In this document: one piece after another, positions 63,840 through 64,000 of the stretch
How the letters are laid out: the number at the start of each line of letters is the position of its first letter
Position numbering within the stretch: position 1 is the first letter of the stretch
From: Phoronis australis
Taxonomy: Eukaryota > Animalia > Phoronida
NCBI GenBank assembly: GCA_002633005.1
Contig: NMRA01000650.1
Coordinates: forward strand, 20,850 to 84,849
Length of the DNA: 64,000 nucleotides
Direction: 5' to 3'
Notes under the pieces: generated by a model
What the model was told of the DNA's origin: nothing
Database searches by the model: none
The model's input: only the letters and a program-made list of their open reading frames with translations
Made by a program: the position numbers and the translations under genes

Positions 63840-64000
63840 GTAAGAATTATTGAGTTTTCATAGCGTGAATTAAAATCACCTTCGTGGCGTATACCGCTCT
63901 GTAGCCCTATTTTCTCTTAAAAGCAAGATACCAGAAGACAATTCAAATTCACTATAGTGAAACGCTTGTGTTTCCTAAGGTTAGTATGGTAGCTAGCTTA

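Larger units (their letters stand above)
55455..63932 (+). repeat. Old intragenic direct duplication: ~55455-56760 matches ~62715-63932
   Basis: Collinear matches across ~1.2 kb (cgacttctgtctt, gagatgga.c.gatcgt, ttggacaattt, ttgcagca.cga, ttcatagcgtgaat, cctattttctct), including the micro-exon splice sites. Confidence 0.85.

Overview
AT-rich, repeat-laden eukaryotic genomic DNA; an invertebrate animal is inferred from the transposon spectrum and intron sizes. There is one 350-N assembly gap, and most ORFs in the supplied track are spurious. The main feature, largely missed by the ORF track, is a + strand spliced gene spanning about 11312 to >63839. It has 12 predicted coding exons (~584 aa so far, 3' end outside the window): an N-terminal peptide, an ankyrin N-cap, six ankyrin repeats each on its own phase-0 exon of 96-102 nt, a C-cap, a linker micro-exon and an 851-nt ZU5(+UPA-like) exon. 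Three ankyrin exons (32321, 32790, 33248) are recent ~465-bp tandem exon+intron duplicates. Their flanking introns are nearly identical, but the exons differ almost only by amino-acid-changing substitutions, many at the ligand-binding positions. This suggests a diversifying, exon-cassette ankyrin receptor. The introns and upstream region hold an Academ-like DNA transposon with intact TIRs and TSD, a decayed L1/Tx1 LINE, a CR1/L2-group LINE fragment, several MITEs (one nested), minisatellites and old local duplications. Exon models come from manual reading of splice sites and frame only; there is no transcript evidence.
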